This document shows, piece by piece, positions 29,387-37,597 of a stretch of 64,000 nt of DNA. The stretch spans positions 1 through 64,000 of IMG/VR virus record IMGVR_UViG_3300042520_002054. One strand, given 5' to 3'. A model generated the notes under the pieces. The model saw only the letters and a program-made list of their open reading frames with translations. It was not told where the DNA came from and made no database searches. This stretch comes from a virus. Numbering within the stretch: the first letter of the stretch is position 1; every line of letters starts with the position of its first letter. Position numbers and translations under genes: made by a program.

Positions 29387-29599
29387 TTGAAGTGTAATAT
29401 GTCAGAAAAGTACACGTCGAGCTTGAAACTTAAGAAGATACGCGATATCTTACTTAAGAAGAGGTTTAAGTATCTCGATGATACCAAGACGGTAAAGGTC
29501 TATAAGAACAAAGAGTATAAGTTGTACAGAATGGATAATGTAGATATTATTACAGACACAAAAGATAACCGTCTAGGTATACTAATACAGGATATATGA
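29387..29599 (+). CDS. Small basic hypothetical protein
   Basis: ORF overlapping the next start; probable start at MSEKY. Confidence 0.55.
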   Translation: MKCNMSEKYTSSLKLKKIRDILLKKRFKYLDDTKTVKVYKNKEYKLYRMDNVDIITDTKDNRLGILIQDI

Positions 29600-30093
29600 A
29601 AGTCAGTAGAGAACTAGAATGGGAGGCATTACAAAAGGTTTGCTTACATGCTGAAAAACTAGCTGAGCAAAATGGTCTAACCCCTCAAAATACCGTTGTA
29701 GCAATGGTATCACCCGATTACAGTGCAACTGTTGCCATGCATGTTGCGCATCATCTGAGTAAAGATGGTGAAATGCTTGACATTATTCCCGTAGACATAC
29801 CATATCCAGATCAAGATCCTGCAGAGTTTCAGGACAATTTCACACATGTAGTCTCTCACAAATTTGATAAGTATCAAAACGTCATTCTTGTAGAAGGCGG
29901 TGTTATTTCAGGTAAAACATTTGAATTCATAGATGCAGATCTCCGAGATAGGGGTCTGAACGTATTCTCTATTGCATTATTTGAGAATAATCATAGCACT
30001 TATTGGTCTGATATTGTGGGTTTCTACTATGACTGGAAAAAAGAACCCTTAGAATTTTATTGGGAAAGAGAAAACAAACATTGGAATTTTTGA
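29596..30093 (+). CDS. Phosphoribosyltransferase-fold protein
   Basis: PRPP-loop-like VILVEGGVISGKTF (degenerate relative to hhhhDDhhxxGxT). Confidence 0.6.
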   Translation: MKVSRELEWEALQKVCLHAEKLAEQNGLTPQNTVVAMVSPDYSATVAMHVAHHLSKDGEMLDIIPVDIPYPDQDPAEFQDNFTHVVSHKFDKYQNVILVEGGVISGKTFEFIDADLRDRGLNVFSIALFENNHSTYWSDIVGFYYDWKKEPLEFYWERENKHWNF

Positions 30094-30094
30094 T

Positions 30095-30529
30095 ATGGAA
30101 AAGAAAAAAGCAATATTCAAATTTAACGGTGGCAAAGGAGCTTTGCTTTGCAGTAAATGCAGTAAAATAATTAAAACAGGTAGTACTATGACTGAAGAAG
30201 AAATATTAGCAATGAAAGGTAAAGCATCGCTTGAAGCGCAATACTGCGAAGATTGTGGAGGAGTTAAGCCAGACGTTAAAATATTTTATTTAACTCGTGC
30301 TGAGGATAACAAGGTTATAGCCGGTTTGAGTTATAAGTTTGTAGAATGGAATGAAAACGGTACAGGTAAGGACTTACATGCTGAACCTCAAGTTGGATTT
30401 AGTTTTATCATGGACCCTAATCCTATAGATTTTACTTGGTTGACAACTAAGATTACAGAAATCGTAGAAGACAACGAAAAAGTTCTAAAATTCAAAACAC
30501 AGAATTCTACATACACTTTAGAAAAATAA
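30095..30529 (+). CDS. Zn-ribbon-containing hypothetical protein
   Basis: CSKC...CEDC. Confidence 0.6.
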   Translation: MEKKKAIFKFNGGKGALLCSKCSKIIKTGSTMTEEEILAMKGKASLEAQYCEDCGGVKPDVKIFYLTRAEDNKVIAGLSYKFVEWNENGTGKDLHAEPQVGFSFIMDPNPIDFTWLTTKITEIVEDNEKVLKFKTQNSTYTLEK

Positions 30530-30530
30530 A

Positions 30531-30857
30531 ATGATGACTGAAGAACAAATTCTCAAATACGGTGAAATACAGTATTTGAAAGGGAGAATAGATGAGCTTG
30601 AAAAAGCTGCGTGTATTGTTATGAGTACACAGTCTATTCGTAGAGTTGATGCAAGACTCGATAAGTATTATCGAAAACTCAAAGAGGTTGATGAGATTTC
30701 TTACTATTTACATTTTGTAGAATCCAAAAATGTTCGGCATAGTAAAGAAAAGAGTAAGAGACATGTTCAGGATCTTCTAAAAGAAGTGTTGGAGCATGTT
30801 ACAGACATTGACCTTAAAATTAAAATTTCAGATCACATTAATAGGATTTCAGGATGA
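30531..30857 (+). CDS. Hypothetical protein
   Basis: ORF track, operonic spacing. Confidence 0.6.
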   Translation: MMTEEQILKYGEIQYLKGRIDELEKAACIVMSTQSIRRVDARLDKYYRKLKEVDEISYYLHFVESKNVRHSKEKSKRHVQDLLKEVLEHVTDIDLKIKISDHINRISG

Positions 30858-31501
30858 GAGAAGCAAACCGTACCCGTAAAAACGAGATTCGTTATAAAGT
30901 AGAATTAAACGAAGAGCAGAAAGAAGTAAAACGTTTAATTAGAGAAAACCAAGTTGTAGTCATTACAGGTAGAGCCGGTTGTGGTAAGTCGCTTGTCTCT
31001 GCACAAACTGCTTTAGATTTTCTGTTTAAAAAAGAATCAGAAAAGATTTTAGTTACAAGAGCGACTATTGAGGTAGGTAACTCTCTAGGTTTTCTACCTG
31101 GATCTCTTGATGAAAAGTTTAATCCTTATTTAGAAGCCTTTCAGGAGAACCTGCTAAAGTGTTATGATAGAGTAAGGATTGAAGAGCTGATTAAAGATAA
31201 GCTCATAGAAGCGATGCCTGTGCAGTTTATTCGCGGAAAGACTATAGATGACGTTCTTGTCGTAGAAGAAGCTCAGAACTTAAATAAACAGCAAATGCTG
31301 GCAATTCTTACTCGTCTTGGTAAGACTGGTAAGATCATCATTAACGGTGACAATGAGCAGAAGGATATTAAGGATGAATATAACGGATTAAGCTATGTTA
31401 TTGAGCTGAGTAAAAAAATTGAAGAAATTAAGTGGATCAAGCTCAAGGTGAATCACAGATCGGATTTAGTTGGTAAAATTTTAGATTATGAGTACAAATG
31501 A
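30854..31501 (+). CDS. phoH: PhoH-family ATPase
   Basis: GRAGCGKS, LGFLPG, FIRGKT, EEAQN, LTRLG, GDNEQKD, HRS. Confidence 0.95.
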   Translation: MREANRTRKNEIRYKVELNEEQKEVKRLIRENQVVVITGRAGCGKSLVSAQTALDFLFKKESEKILVTRATIEVGNSLGFLPGSLDEKFNPYLEAFQENLLKCYDRVRIEELIKDKLIEAMPVQFIRGKTIDDVLVVEEAQNLNKQQMLAILTRLGKTGKIIINGDNEQKDIKDEYNGLSYVIELSKKIEEIKWIKLKVNHRSDLVGKILDYEYK

Positions 31502-32024
31502 TAAAACTGAGCTAAGACACAAGCTCGCTAAACAAATTGTAGACATCTATCCAAAGATGTTTACATTCTGCGTAAGACTAAACTGCGAACCTGATCCATA
31601 TGAAACATATGGTACGGGAATGGGTGTTGGTCTTGGATGGTACCCAATTATTAAAAAGCTTGTAGAGACAATCCATGAAAACGATACAATGCTTAATCTT
31701 GAACATGGTACTGACCATGTCACAAAAGTAACTCAGATTAAAGAAAAGTTTGGAGGACTGCGCTTTTACGTGACCGGTACCAGTGATAAGAACTGGAAAG
31801 CCATCGATGCAGCTGAAGAAGACTCATTCTATACTTGTGAAGAATGTGGTTCTAAACAAGATGTCGGTCGTTGGAATGACGGTTGGGTTTCAACCAAATG
31901 TAAAAAATGCGCAACTGAAGAGTTTGAAGAGCGCAAAGCAAAAGGTCAATGGGTAGAAGGCACCACTCTTGACGAAATATTTAAGACTTGGTCAGAGATA
32001 TCTCAACCCGATGAGCACGAGTAA
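31488..32024 (+). CDS. Conserved phage protein with QIKEKFGGLRFY motif and Zn ribbon
   Basis: GWYPII...QIKEKFGGLRFY...TCEECG...CKKC. Confidence 0.7.
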   Translation: MSTNDKTELRHKLAKQIVDIYPKMFTFCVRLNCEPDPYETYGTGMGVGLGWYPIIKKLVETIHENDTMLNLEHGTDHVTKVTQIKEKFGGLRFYVTGTSDKNWKAIDAAEEDSFYTCEECGSKQDVGRWNDGWVSTKCKKCATEEFEERKAKGQWVEGTTLDEIFKTWSEISQPDEHE

Positions 32025-32255
32025 CTAGGTTAGCTGCAAAGACAGCGACCATTTAAACCATGTGAGATCGAGATAGTAGTGGTTAAAACCTACTACTGTT
32101 TCGGTCTCTTTCTTTTTTACATATTTGTAGTCTTCTTCGTACCATACAGAAACAGCCGGAAGAATGTAGAACGTATTGTGATTTTCTAGAATAGTGAATC
32201 TTTTAAATAGTTTCATTTTCTTTGGTATTAAGTTTTTAATCCATCCACTTACCAT
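32025..32255 (-). CDS. Small hypothetical protein
   Basis: ORF track; convergent with the PhoH operon. Confidence 0.5.
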   Translation of the reverse strand: MVSGWIKNLIPKKMKLFKRFTILENHNTFYILPAVSVWYEEDYKYVKKKETETVVGFNHYYLDLTWFKWSLSLQLT

Positions 32256-32434
32256 GAGTTCTCAAATGCCAAAACCTGTGTTTGAGCACTTCAATAACTA
32301 ATTGAAAAAAAGAATCTGCTTCATAGCTTCCAGCTGAGCATATTAGTTTGAATTTTGATTTCATTTCTCGTTGGTGTTAAAGGTTTTTTTTGTATTACTG
32401 TAATCAGGGTTACCGTAACCAGGGTTACGATAAT

Positions 32435-32752
32435 TCATTTTCCTATAAATTGTTGGATTACTTTGGCAAAAACACTGATGTTTACCTCAAAGCCTTTGTG
32501 GTCCATAAAGAACTTGTAGTCATTGGGTACTGACGGGTCACTGTACCTGGTGCCTGTAGCAACACAGACAGCCTCCATCACCTCGTGACAGATAACACTG
32601 AATACATAAGAAGGATCAGACTGTAGAGTAGCTGTTCCAATTACAATCTCACTATCGGGGAAACTGAACGACCCACCCGCGTTATTCTTGTCGGTCCTCA
32701 CCTTAAACGTATGAGATAGAATACTTATCTCCTTAGGGAATACAATCTTCAT
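32435..32752 (-). CDS. Small zincin-like protein (HExxE variant)
   Basis: ICHEVMEAV; start moved to MKIVFPK because the longer ORF overlaps tRNA-Arg. Confidence 0.55.
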   Translation of the reverse strand: MKIVFPKEISILSHTFKVRTDKNNAGGSFSFPDSEIVIGTATLQSDPSYVFSVICHEVMEAVCVATGTRYSDPSVPNDYKFFMDHKGFEVNISVFAKVIQQFIGK

Positions 32753-32804
32753 AGTACTACGTATTTGTCCAGTTTTTTGCATAATAAACTGGACAGGTTT
32801 ATTG

Positions 32805-32878
<74 letters not shown>

Positions 32879-32916
32879 ATGTCTACAAATATATAAAAAT
32901 TCCTTGAAGTTCTACA

Positions 32917-32932
32917 TGTTTCACGTGGAACG
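32917..32932. promoter_or_regulatory. parS-like palindrome
   Basis: TGTTTCACGTGGAACG, one terminal mismatch to the parS consensus TGTTNCACGTGNAACA. Confidence 0.55.
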
Positions 32933-33110
32933 TCTACAAAATAACCAACATCTACAAAACTACCCCCATAGTTCCAACAGAGAAATGATACCCCCCGGTA
33001 CCCAGTCGCATATGGGGGAGAGAGGATGAGGAGGGGTTAATAACAACCCCCCACCCAGCGCGCAAAGAGGTACCCACCCCCGCCTTGATTCAGCATGTAA
33101 AGCACGGATT

Positions 33111-33212
33111 ATGTATCACTGGTACATCATTTCGGGAGTCAGTATCCTTGCTAAGTCGCTGCGAGAAGCGTATCGCTACTACAGAGACAACTGCAAGGAG
33201 AAAGGTGAGTAG
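33111..33212 (+). CDS. 33-aa microprotein, first ORF of the putative early region (not in ORF track)
   Basis: MYHWYIISGVSILAKSLREAYRYYRDNCKEKGE*, followed by hairpins. Confidence 0.4.
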   Translation: MYHWYIISGVSILAKSLREAYRYYRDNCKEKGE

Positions 33213-33241
33213 GGATTACTCACGCCCGGCAGCACGACACA

Positions 33242-33278
33242 GGAGATACTAGACTACACATCTGGTATCTCCTTTATT
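33242..33278 (+). terminator. Terminator-like hairpin
   Basis: GGAGATACTAGA-CTACACA-TCTGGTATCTCC-TTTATT. Confidence 0.65.
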
Positions 33279-33336
33279 ACCGCTTTATGTGTAATACTCA
33301 CCATCTCTAACAAGTAACATCAAAACCCTAAATATC

Positions 33337-33561
33337 ATGAGAAATCTCAGAAATGTTGTACTACCTGTACAAGTCGTAGCACTCTTCGTGTTACCCGCAA
33401 TCATGCTTACCATCATCATGTCCGCAATTGCTATCATGTTCATGGTATTAACGCCTCTTTCCTACTACGATATCACTACCAGTGTACCTGCAGGAATCTT
33501 CGGATTCATCGGTTACATCTGCATGGTCGTTGCTGTAGGAAACTTTATGTGGGACGAGTAA
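33337..33561 (+). CDS. Small two-TM membrane protein
   Basis: 74 aa, almost entirely hydrophobic. Confidence 0.7.
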   Translation: MRNLRNVVLPVQVVALFVLPAIMLTIIMSAIAIMFMVLTPLSYYDITTSVPAGIFGFIGYICMVVAVGNFMWDE

Positions 33562-33698
33562 TAACTCACCACCACATAGAATTACGATATACCCCGTTTC
33601 AGTGCTTAACAGAGCGTGCACTGTTACGGGGTTTAAACTTTCTACGCTCTAAAAAATCCCTAAAACCTGCAGGTGTATAGGCAACCTGTATTAAAGTC

Positions 33699-34214
33699 AT
33701 GAGTAAATTAATGCTCTCCCCAGAAGTCTCTGACTTCAAAGAAGGTCTGTTCATCTTAACAGACGAGTCTGGTAATGCTGTACGTCGCTACGAAGATGAC
33801 CCTGAGCAAGGGTTCATTGTCCTCAAGGATGTACAGTTTCGTGAAATCACCTTGCTTACTTCCACACGTCTCCAACTGAAGACACGTCAGGCGCTCTATG
33901 CAGGTCCTGTCGATGTGCTTGAGAAGAAGATTGCTATGTGGGAAAAAGCAGGTAAAATCCCAGGACGTATCCAATCACTGGATATCTTGGAAGGTGACCC
34001 AATCTTAGACAACCTGAAGAACCTCGACAGGTATGTTAAGCGTGCGGGTGAAGACGGACCAGTGCTTACCAAGGACGGTAAAAAGATTTACCACTTCCGT
34101 AAGTACACCGCAAACCCTGACGCTGTCGATATGCTCATCGAGCACGACAACAAAGCGGAAGTCACCACACACCGTGCTGCAGCGCGTCTTGCATCTGCAG
34201 ACCTTGACGCTTAA
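33699..34214 (+). CDS. Hypothetical early protein, paralog A
   Basis: Optimised codons; shares LY.G, W...G.IPGRI, K.AG..G, HDN and ADLDA* with 35063-35542. Confidence 0.8.
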   Translation: MSKLMLSPEVSDFKEGLFILTDESGNAVRRYEDDPEQGFIVLKDVQFREITLLTSTRLQLKTRQALYAGPVDVLEKKIAMWEKAGKIPGRIQSLDILEGDPILDNLKNLDRYVKRAGEDGPVLTKDGKKIYHFRKYTANPDAVDMLIEHDNKAEVTTHRAAARLASADLDA

Positions 34215-34232
34215 GTCATCAATCCTCTGATA

Positions 34233-34268
34233 AGCAGGGTCATCCTTCGGGGTGACCTTGCTTTATTA
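34233..34268 (+). terminator. Terminator with UUCG tetraloop
   Basis: AGCAGGGTCATCC-TTCG-GGGTGACCTTGCT-TTATT. Confidence 0.8.
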
Positions 34269-34302
34269 TTACTCACCATCTTAATATCCTAAAATAAATA
34301 TC

Positions 34303-34812
34303 ATGCGTATTAACCTCGCTTACTTCGAAACGTTACCTACCCTTGTCAATGGTAAGGTAATCGTACTGAACTGTCCTTACGGTAAACACATTGGTTCCGT
34401 TAACGGTAAATCAGTCTCTCTAATCACTGTTGGTAAATACACCACAGTACCTGACGGTGACATTAAAGCAGAGCACTACGACATCCTTCAAACCAGTCAA
34501 TACACTATACTGGTAAACAGCAAGGACGGGTTCTACTTTAAAGTCGTAAAAGACTATTTGGATAATCAAGAAGTCTCTCACATAAGAGAACTATTATTCA
34601 AGTACTCTAATCCCGTAACCTACAGAGTCGGTGACAATGTCCATCTCAAGCATATGAATGGCATCTATAAAATCGACAGCATTCACGGTAGTTTCGTTAG
34701 CATCACTTGTCAAAAGTGGCAACGGTATCCTGAACAGTATTCCCGCTATAAGTTCATAACGCTTGACGACATCAAGTGTCTAGCAGGTGGAATACACAAC
34801 TGGAACCGCTAA
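34303..34812 (+). CDS. Hypothetical protein with a C-terminal SH3/KOW-like segment
   Basis: YRVGDNVHLK motif. Confidence 0.6.
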   Translation: MRINLAYFETLPTLVNGKVIVLNCPYGKHIGSVNGKSVSLITVGKYTTVPDGDIKAEHYDILQTSQYTILVNSKDGFYFKVVKDYLDNQEVSHIRELLFKYSNPVTYRVGDNVHLKHMNGIYKIDSIHGSFVSITCQKWQRYPEQYSRYKFITLDDIKCLAGGIHNWNR

Positions 34813-35062
34813 ACGTTTAACACCTAAGCATGTGTCTAAACTGCTTTACTTTAAAAGAACAAAAACAATACTCACCACCGCAGTAAAGACACTACTGCAG
34901 TTTTTTGATCATCAGCATGACATGTCTGATATCCTGCAAATTCCGGTAGTTTTTGGTGGACTACTCGCAACCCTAACTTGCAACAAACAGCATAATCGCT
35001 GAAACAAAAACAGTACCCACCACCGCAATTAATCACTAACAAAACAATTTAAAAGTTCAATT

Positions 35063-35542
35063 ATGAGCAAGAACATCAATCCCAATTTGAAGGTAGTCAC
35101 TGAGTTGACTGCTTATGAGTCTGATCCTAACCAGGGTTGGGTCCGCATGGAAGAAACTTCTTACGTTGATAAGGAGATTTCCCCATTGCGCACTATCGCT
35201 GTAGCTGAGAAGCGCAGCTGTCTGTATTCCGGTTCCATGGAAGCATTGCAAGCAAAGCTTGCTGAATGGAAACGTCAGGGTGGTATTCCCGGTCGTATCC
35301 GTGTAGTAGAGATGGTAGAGTCTGATGCAAAGCAATTTGTCAAAGACATTACCACTCGTGAACCTAAAAAAGCTGGTGACACTGGTGTTATCTGCTGCTT
35401 GGGTGGCGAACCTATCTACCGATTCAGCGCTTATGATGCTACTGGTGAGAAGACAGATACACTGGTTATGCACGATAACGGTGACGCTATCCGAGCAATT
35501 AACGCTCAGCGTCGTCTAGAAACTGCTGACCTAGACGCATAA
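35063..35542 (+). CDS. Hypothetical early protein, paralog B
   Basis: Shares motifs with paralog A; ends RLETADLDA*. Confidence 0.8.
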   Translation: MSKNINPNLKVVTELTAYESDPNQGWVRMEETSYVDKEISPLRTIAVAEKRSCLYSGSMEALQAKLAEWKRQGGIPGRIRVVEMVESDAKQFVKDITTREPKKAGDTGVICCLGGEPIYRFSAYDATGEKTDTLVMHDNGDAIRAINAQRRLETADLDA

Positions 35543-35554
35543 GACGTTATGCGC

Positions 35555-35620
35555 CTACTATATGGAGCTACAGTAACAGGTTAATCCCTGTTGCTGTACG
35601 CTCTGTGTAGTTTTTGTTTG
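35555..35620 (+). terminator. Long hairpin followed by a U-tract
   Basis: GAGC-TACAGTAACAGG / CCTGTTGCTGTA-C-GCTC stem, extended by CTAC/GTAG, then TTTTTGTTTG. Confidence 0.65.
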
Positions 35621-35776
35621 AGTTAAGTTACAATATCCACGATAATAGAATAATTCCAGTGCGTGCGAGAGTGTGCACGATGGTGTGAGAACCACACCCC
35701 ACACTATTCTTATCGCTTCAAAACTCTGATAAACACTACATTAGTTTCTCAGAACACGGATTAGATAGCTAACTCA
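35619..35776 (+). ncRNA. Multibranched ncRNA candidate
   Basis: TGAGTTA/TAACTCA closing stem; CGATAA-TAGAATA/TATTC-TTATCG stem enclosing GTGCGTGC-GAGA-GTGTGCAC and GGTGTG-AGAAC-CACACC; TCTGA..AAAC/GTTT..TCAGA hairpin. Confidence 0.5.
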
Positions 35777-35971
35777 TTCTTAACGTCCGTATAGGAAGTA
35801 GTATATACTCTCTATATGATTAACTATATATTCTTTAATACGTTCTTTCTATCTATAGGGTTTTTTGTTAGGGATTCTCCCTTAGGTAGAGTTGTAACAC
35901 CGGGGGTTGCATTAGTTGACGGGTGCTTACAGTGTCGCGTCTAGTAACCTTTGGGACCGCAAGGTCTCATA

Positions 35972-36137
35972 ACGCAGGCTAAAATCGGTGTACCATAGAA
36001 AATCAATCTGGTCCAGAAGTATGCAGTATAAGTATTCAGGCTTGTAAACCCTGTTTATAAGTGTTAATACTTATGAGTCATCGTGTTGGTAATGATTATC
36101 TCTTTCTATGCTGTGGGTTCGAATCCCATCTTGCGTT
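35972..36137 (+). ncRNA. tRNA-like RNA with a tmRNA-TLD-like layout and an expanded central arm
   Basis: Acceptor ACGCAGG/CTTGCGT, canonical T-arm GTGGG-TTCGAAT-CCCAT, stemless D-loop with GG, CATAGAAA/TTTCTATG stem enclosing about 100 nt. Confidence 0.65.
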
Positions 36138-36236
36138 CTAATTGTATGTGACCACGTAGAGTCTTTATCCACCCGTGATGCAGTAATGTAGGGTGGACAT
36201 ACAATTTTAAAATAAAACCAATCTAATATCTATATC

Positions 36237-36350
36237 ATGAAAAAATCAACTACCCAGAATGTCCAAGACAATGACCGTCTCGCCATTCTATCCGTAACCC
36301 TATTTTTAATCGTAGTTATCAGCTGCATCTTAATTGAAAGGTTATGGTAA
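36237..36350 (+). CDS. 37-aa single-TM microprotein (not in ORF track)
   Basis: MKKSTTQNVQDNDRLAILSVTLFLIVVISCILIERLW*; TATCATG start context shared with 33337 and 34303. Confidence 0.6.
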   Translation: MKKSTTQNVQDNDRLAILSVTLFLIVVISCILIERLW

Positions 36351-36589
36351 TCAAGTTTAACTTCTACACAGTATTCTTCGGGCTGGTCCTTCTATATGGT
36401 GTCTTTCAATACGGAAGAGTCTATGACAAGGACCAACAACCCCAAATTACCGTTGACCAACCACAGTACAATCACATGGTTCAAGTGGATGACTGTACGA
36501 TAGTCATGGATACCCTGGGAAATATCAATTCCATTTGGTATCAAGACAGACCGTACACCCTCGACACCGCAATCTTAGCTGATCTCTGA
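36344..36589 (+). CDS. Small protein with N-terminal TM anchor
   Basis: FYTVFFGLVLLYGVFQYG hydrophobic segment. Confidence 0.65.
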   Translation: MVIKFNFYTVFFGLVLLYGVFQYGRVYDKDQQPQITVDQPQYNHMVQVDDCTIVMDTLGNINSIWYQDRPYTLDTAILADL

Positions 36590-36590
36590 T

Positions 36591-36659
36591 ATGTTTATCA
36601 TCGGTATTGTCATCATTATCCTACTTTACGCTATCCTTAAACAGATGCCAAAACAGTAG
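36591..36659 (+). CDS. 22-aa TM peptide (not in ORF track)
   Basis: MFIIGIVIIILLYAILKQMPKQ*, starting 1 nt after the previous stop. Confidence 0.45.
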   Translation: MFIIGIVIIILLYAILKQMPKQ

Positions 36660-36867
36660 GTATGTTCGCACTGACGAACATGGTATCACATATGCGTACA
36701 CATCTATGTAATGTATCTATATACATATATTCGTCCACGCGAACATAGTATGACCGCATACGCGAACATCAATCAACAGAAAAAGTGCTCCATATAAGTG
36801 CTTTACATAGCTATTCAATTTAAAAGGGGTTGTATGGAACCCCTTTTTCATTTTTAATCAAAATCCA

Positions 36868-37134
36868 ATGGAAAAATCCCTTAAAAGAATGTGGGTGCTG
36901 AGAATTAATGCACTCAACAACGAAACAAAAGAGACTACTACAAACACTTTTGTATTCGAAGACGAACGTACTGCTAAAACATTTGCTATTACCGTCCAAT
37001 TAGTCATTCATCCTGCGCCAAAATATGATTGCAAGGTTGAATTGACTGAAACAGATGTTGTGACACCAGAGAAGGTTTCCGAACTGCTATCTGATGTAGC
37101 TCATCTTGTAGACAAACTTGCAGATAAATTTTAA
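36868..37134 (+). CDS. Hypothetical protein
   Basis: ORF track. Confidence 0.65.
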   Translation: MEKSLKRMWVLRINALNNETKETTTNTFVFEDERTAKTFAITVQLVIHPAPKYDCKVELTETDVVTPEKVSELLSDVAHLVDKLADKF

Positions 37135-37151
37135 ACCAATCCTTTATTCGT

Positions 37152-37490
37152 ATGAAAAATCAATCAGTTTACCGCTATTGGACCAAACAGGAAGAAAAGA
37201 CCATCATCAGTTGCATTAAAAACAACCCTGAGAATCTTTCTAAAGCTTTTGCTTGTGCTGCCGAAGTAATCAATCGTAGTACGCAGTCAGTATCTAACAG
37301 ATACTACACGCACATCCGCAGTAAAAAAGCTATTTTCCAAACATCTTCAAGTAAAAGTGTTTTTGTAAACAGTAAAAATGTTTCACGACGCAAAAATCAA
37401 AGCAATGCTAGTCGTGTAGATGTTTTTGCAAGCATGTTTAAAATGCTTACCACAGATGAGAAGGCTCGTGTATTGATGAGTTTACTATAG
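37152..37490 (+). CDS. Myb/SANT-like HTH protein
   Basis: WTKQEEKTII...AEVINRSTQSVSNRYY. Confidence 0.65.
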   Translation: MKNQSVYRYWTKQEEKTIISCIKNNPENLSKAFACAAEVINRSTQSVSNRYYTHIRSKKAIFQTSSSKSVFVNSKNVSRRKNQSNASRVDVFASMFKMLTTDEKARVLMSLL

Positions 37491-37597
37491 TAGTTTATTA
37501 TACGGTGGGTATTACCCTTAAAGAACAGAACATGGTATTTAGGAGTCATTATGTTATTTGCTGTCGCCGTATTTTAAACTTTTAATAATTAAATCCT

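Noticed and set aside
34787-35002. 71-aa ORF
   Set aside because: It has a non-ATG start and overlaps the pseudoknot, the early motif and several hairpins; more likely non-coding.
35972-36137. Canonical tmRNA (ssrA)
   Set aside because: No G3:U70 pair, too short, and no visible pseudoknot set or tag frame ending in alanines; kept as a tRNA-like RNA instead.
36660-36770. CTGACGA (hammerhead-like) with three CGAACAT repeats
   Set aside because: No stem II followed by GAAA; only short repeats and hairpins of unclear meaning.
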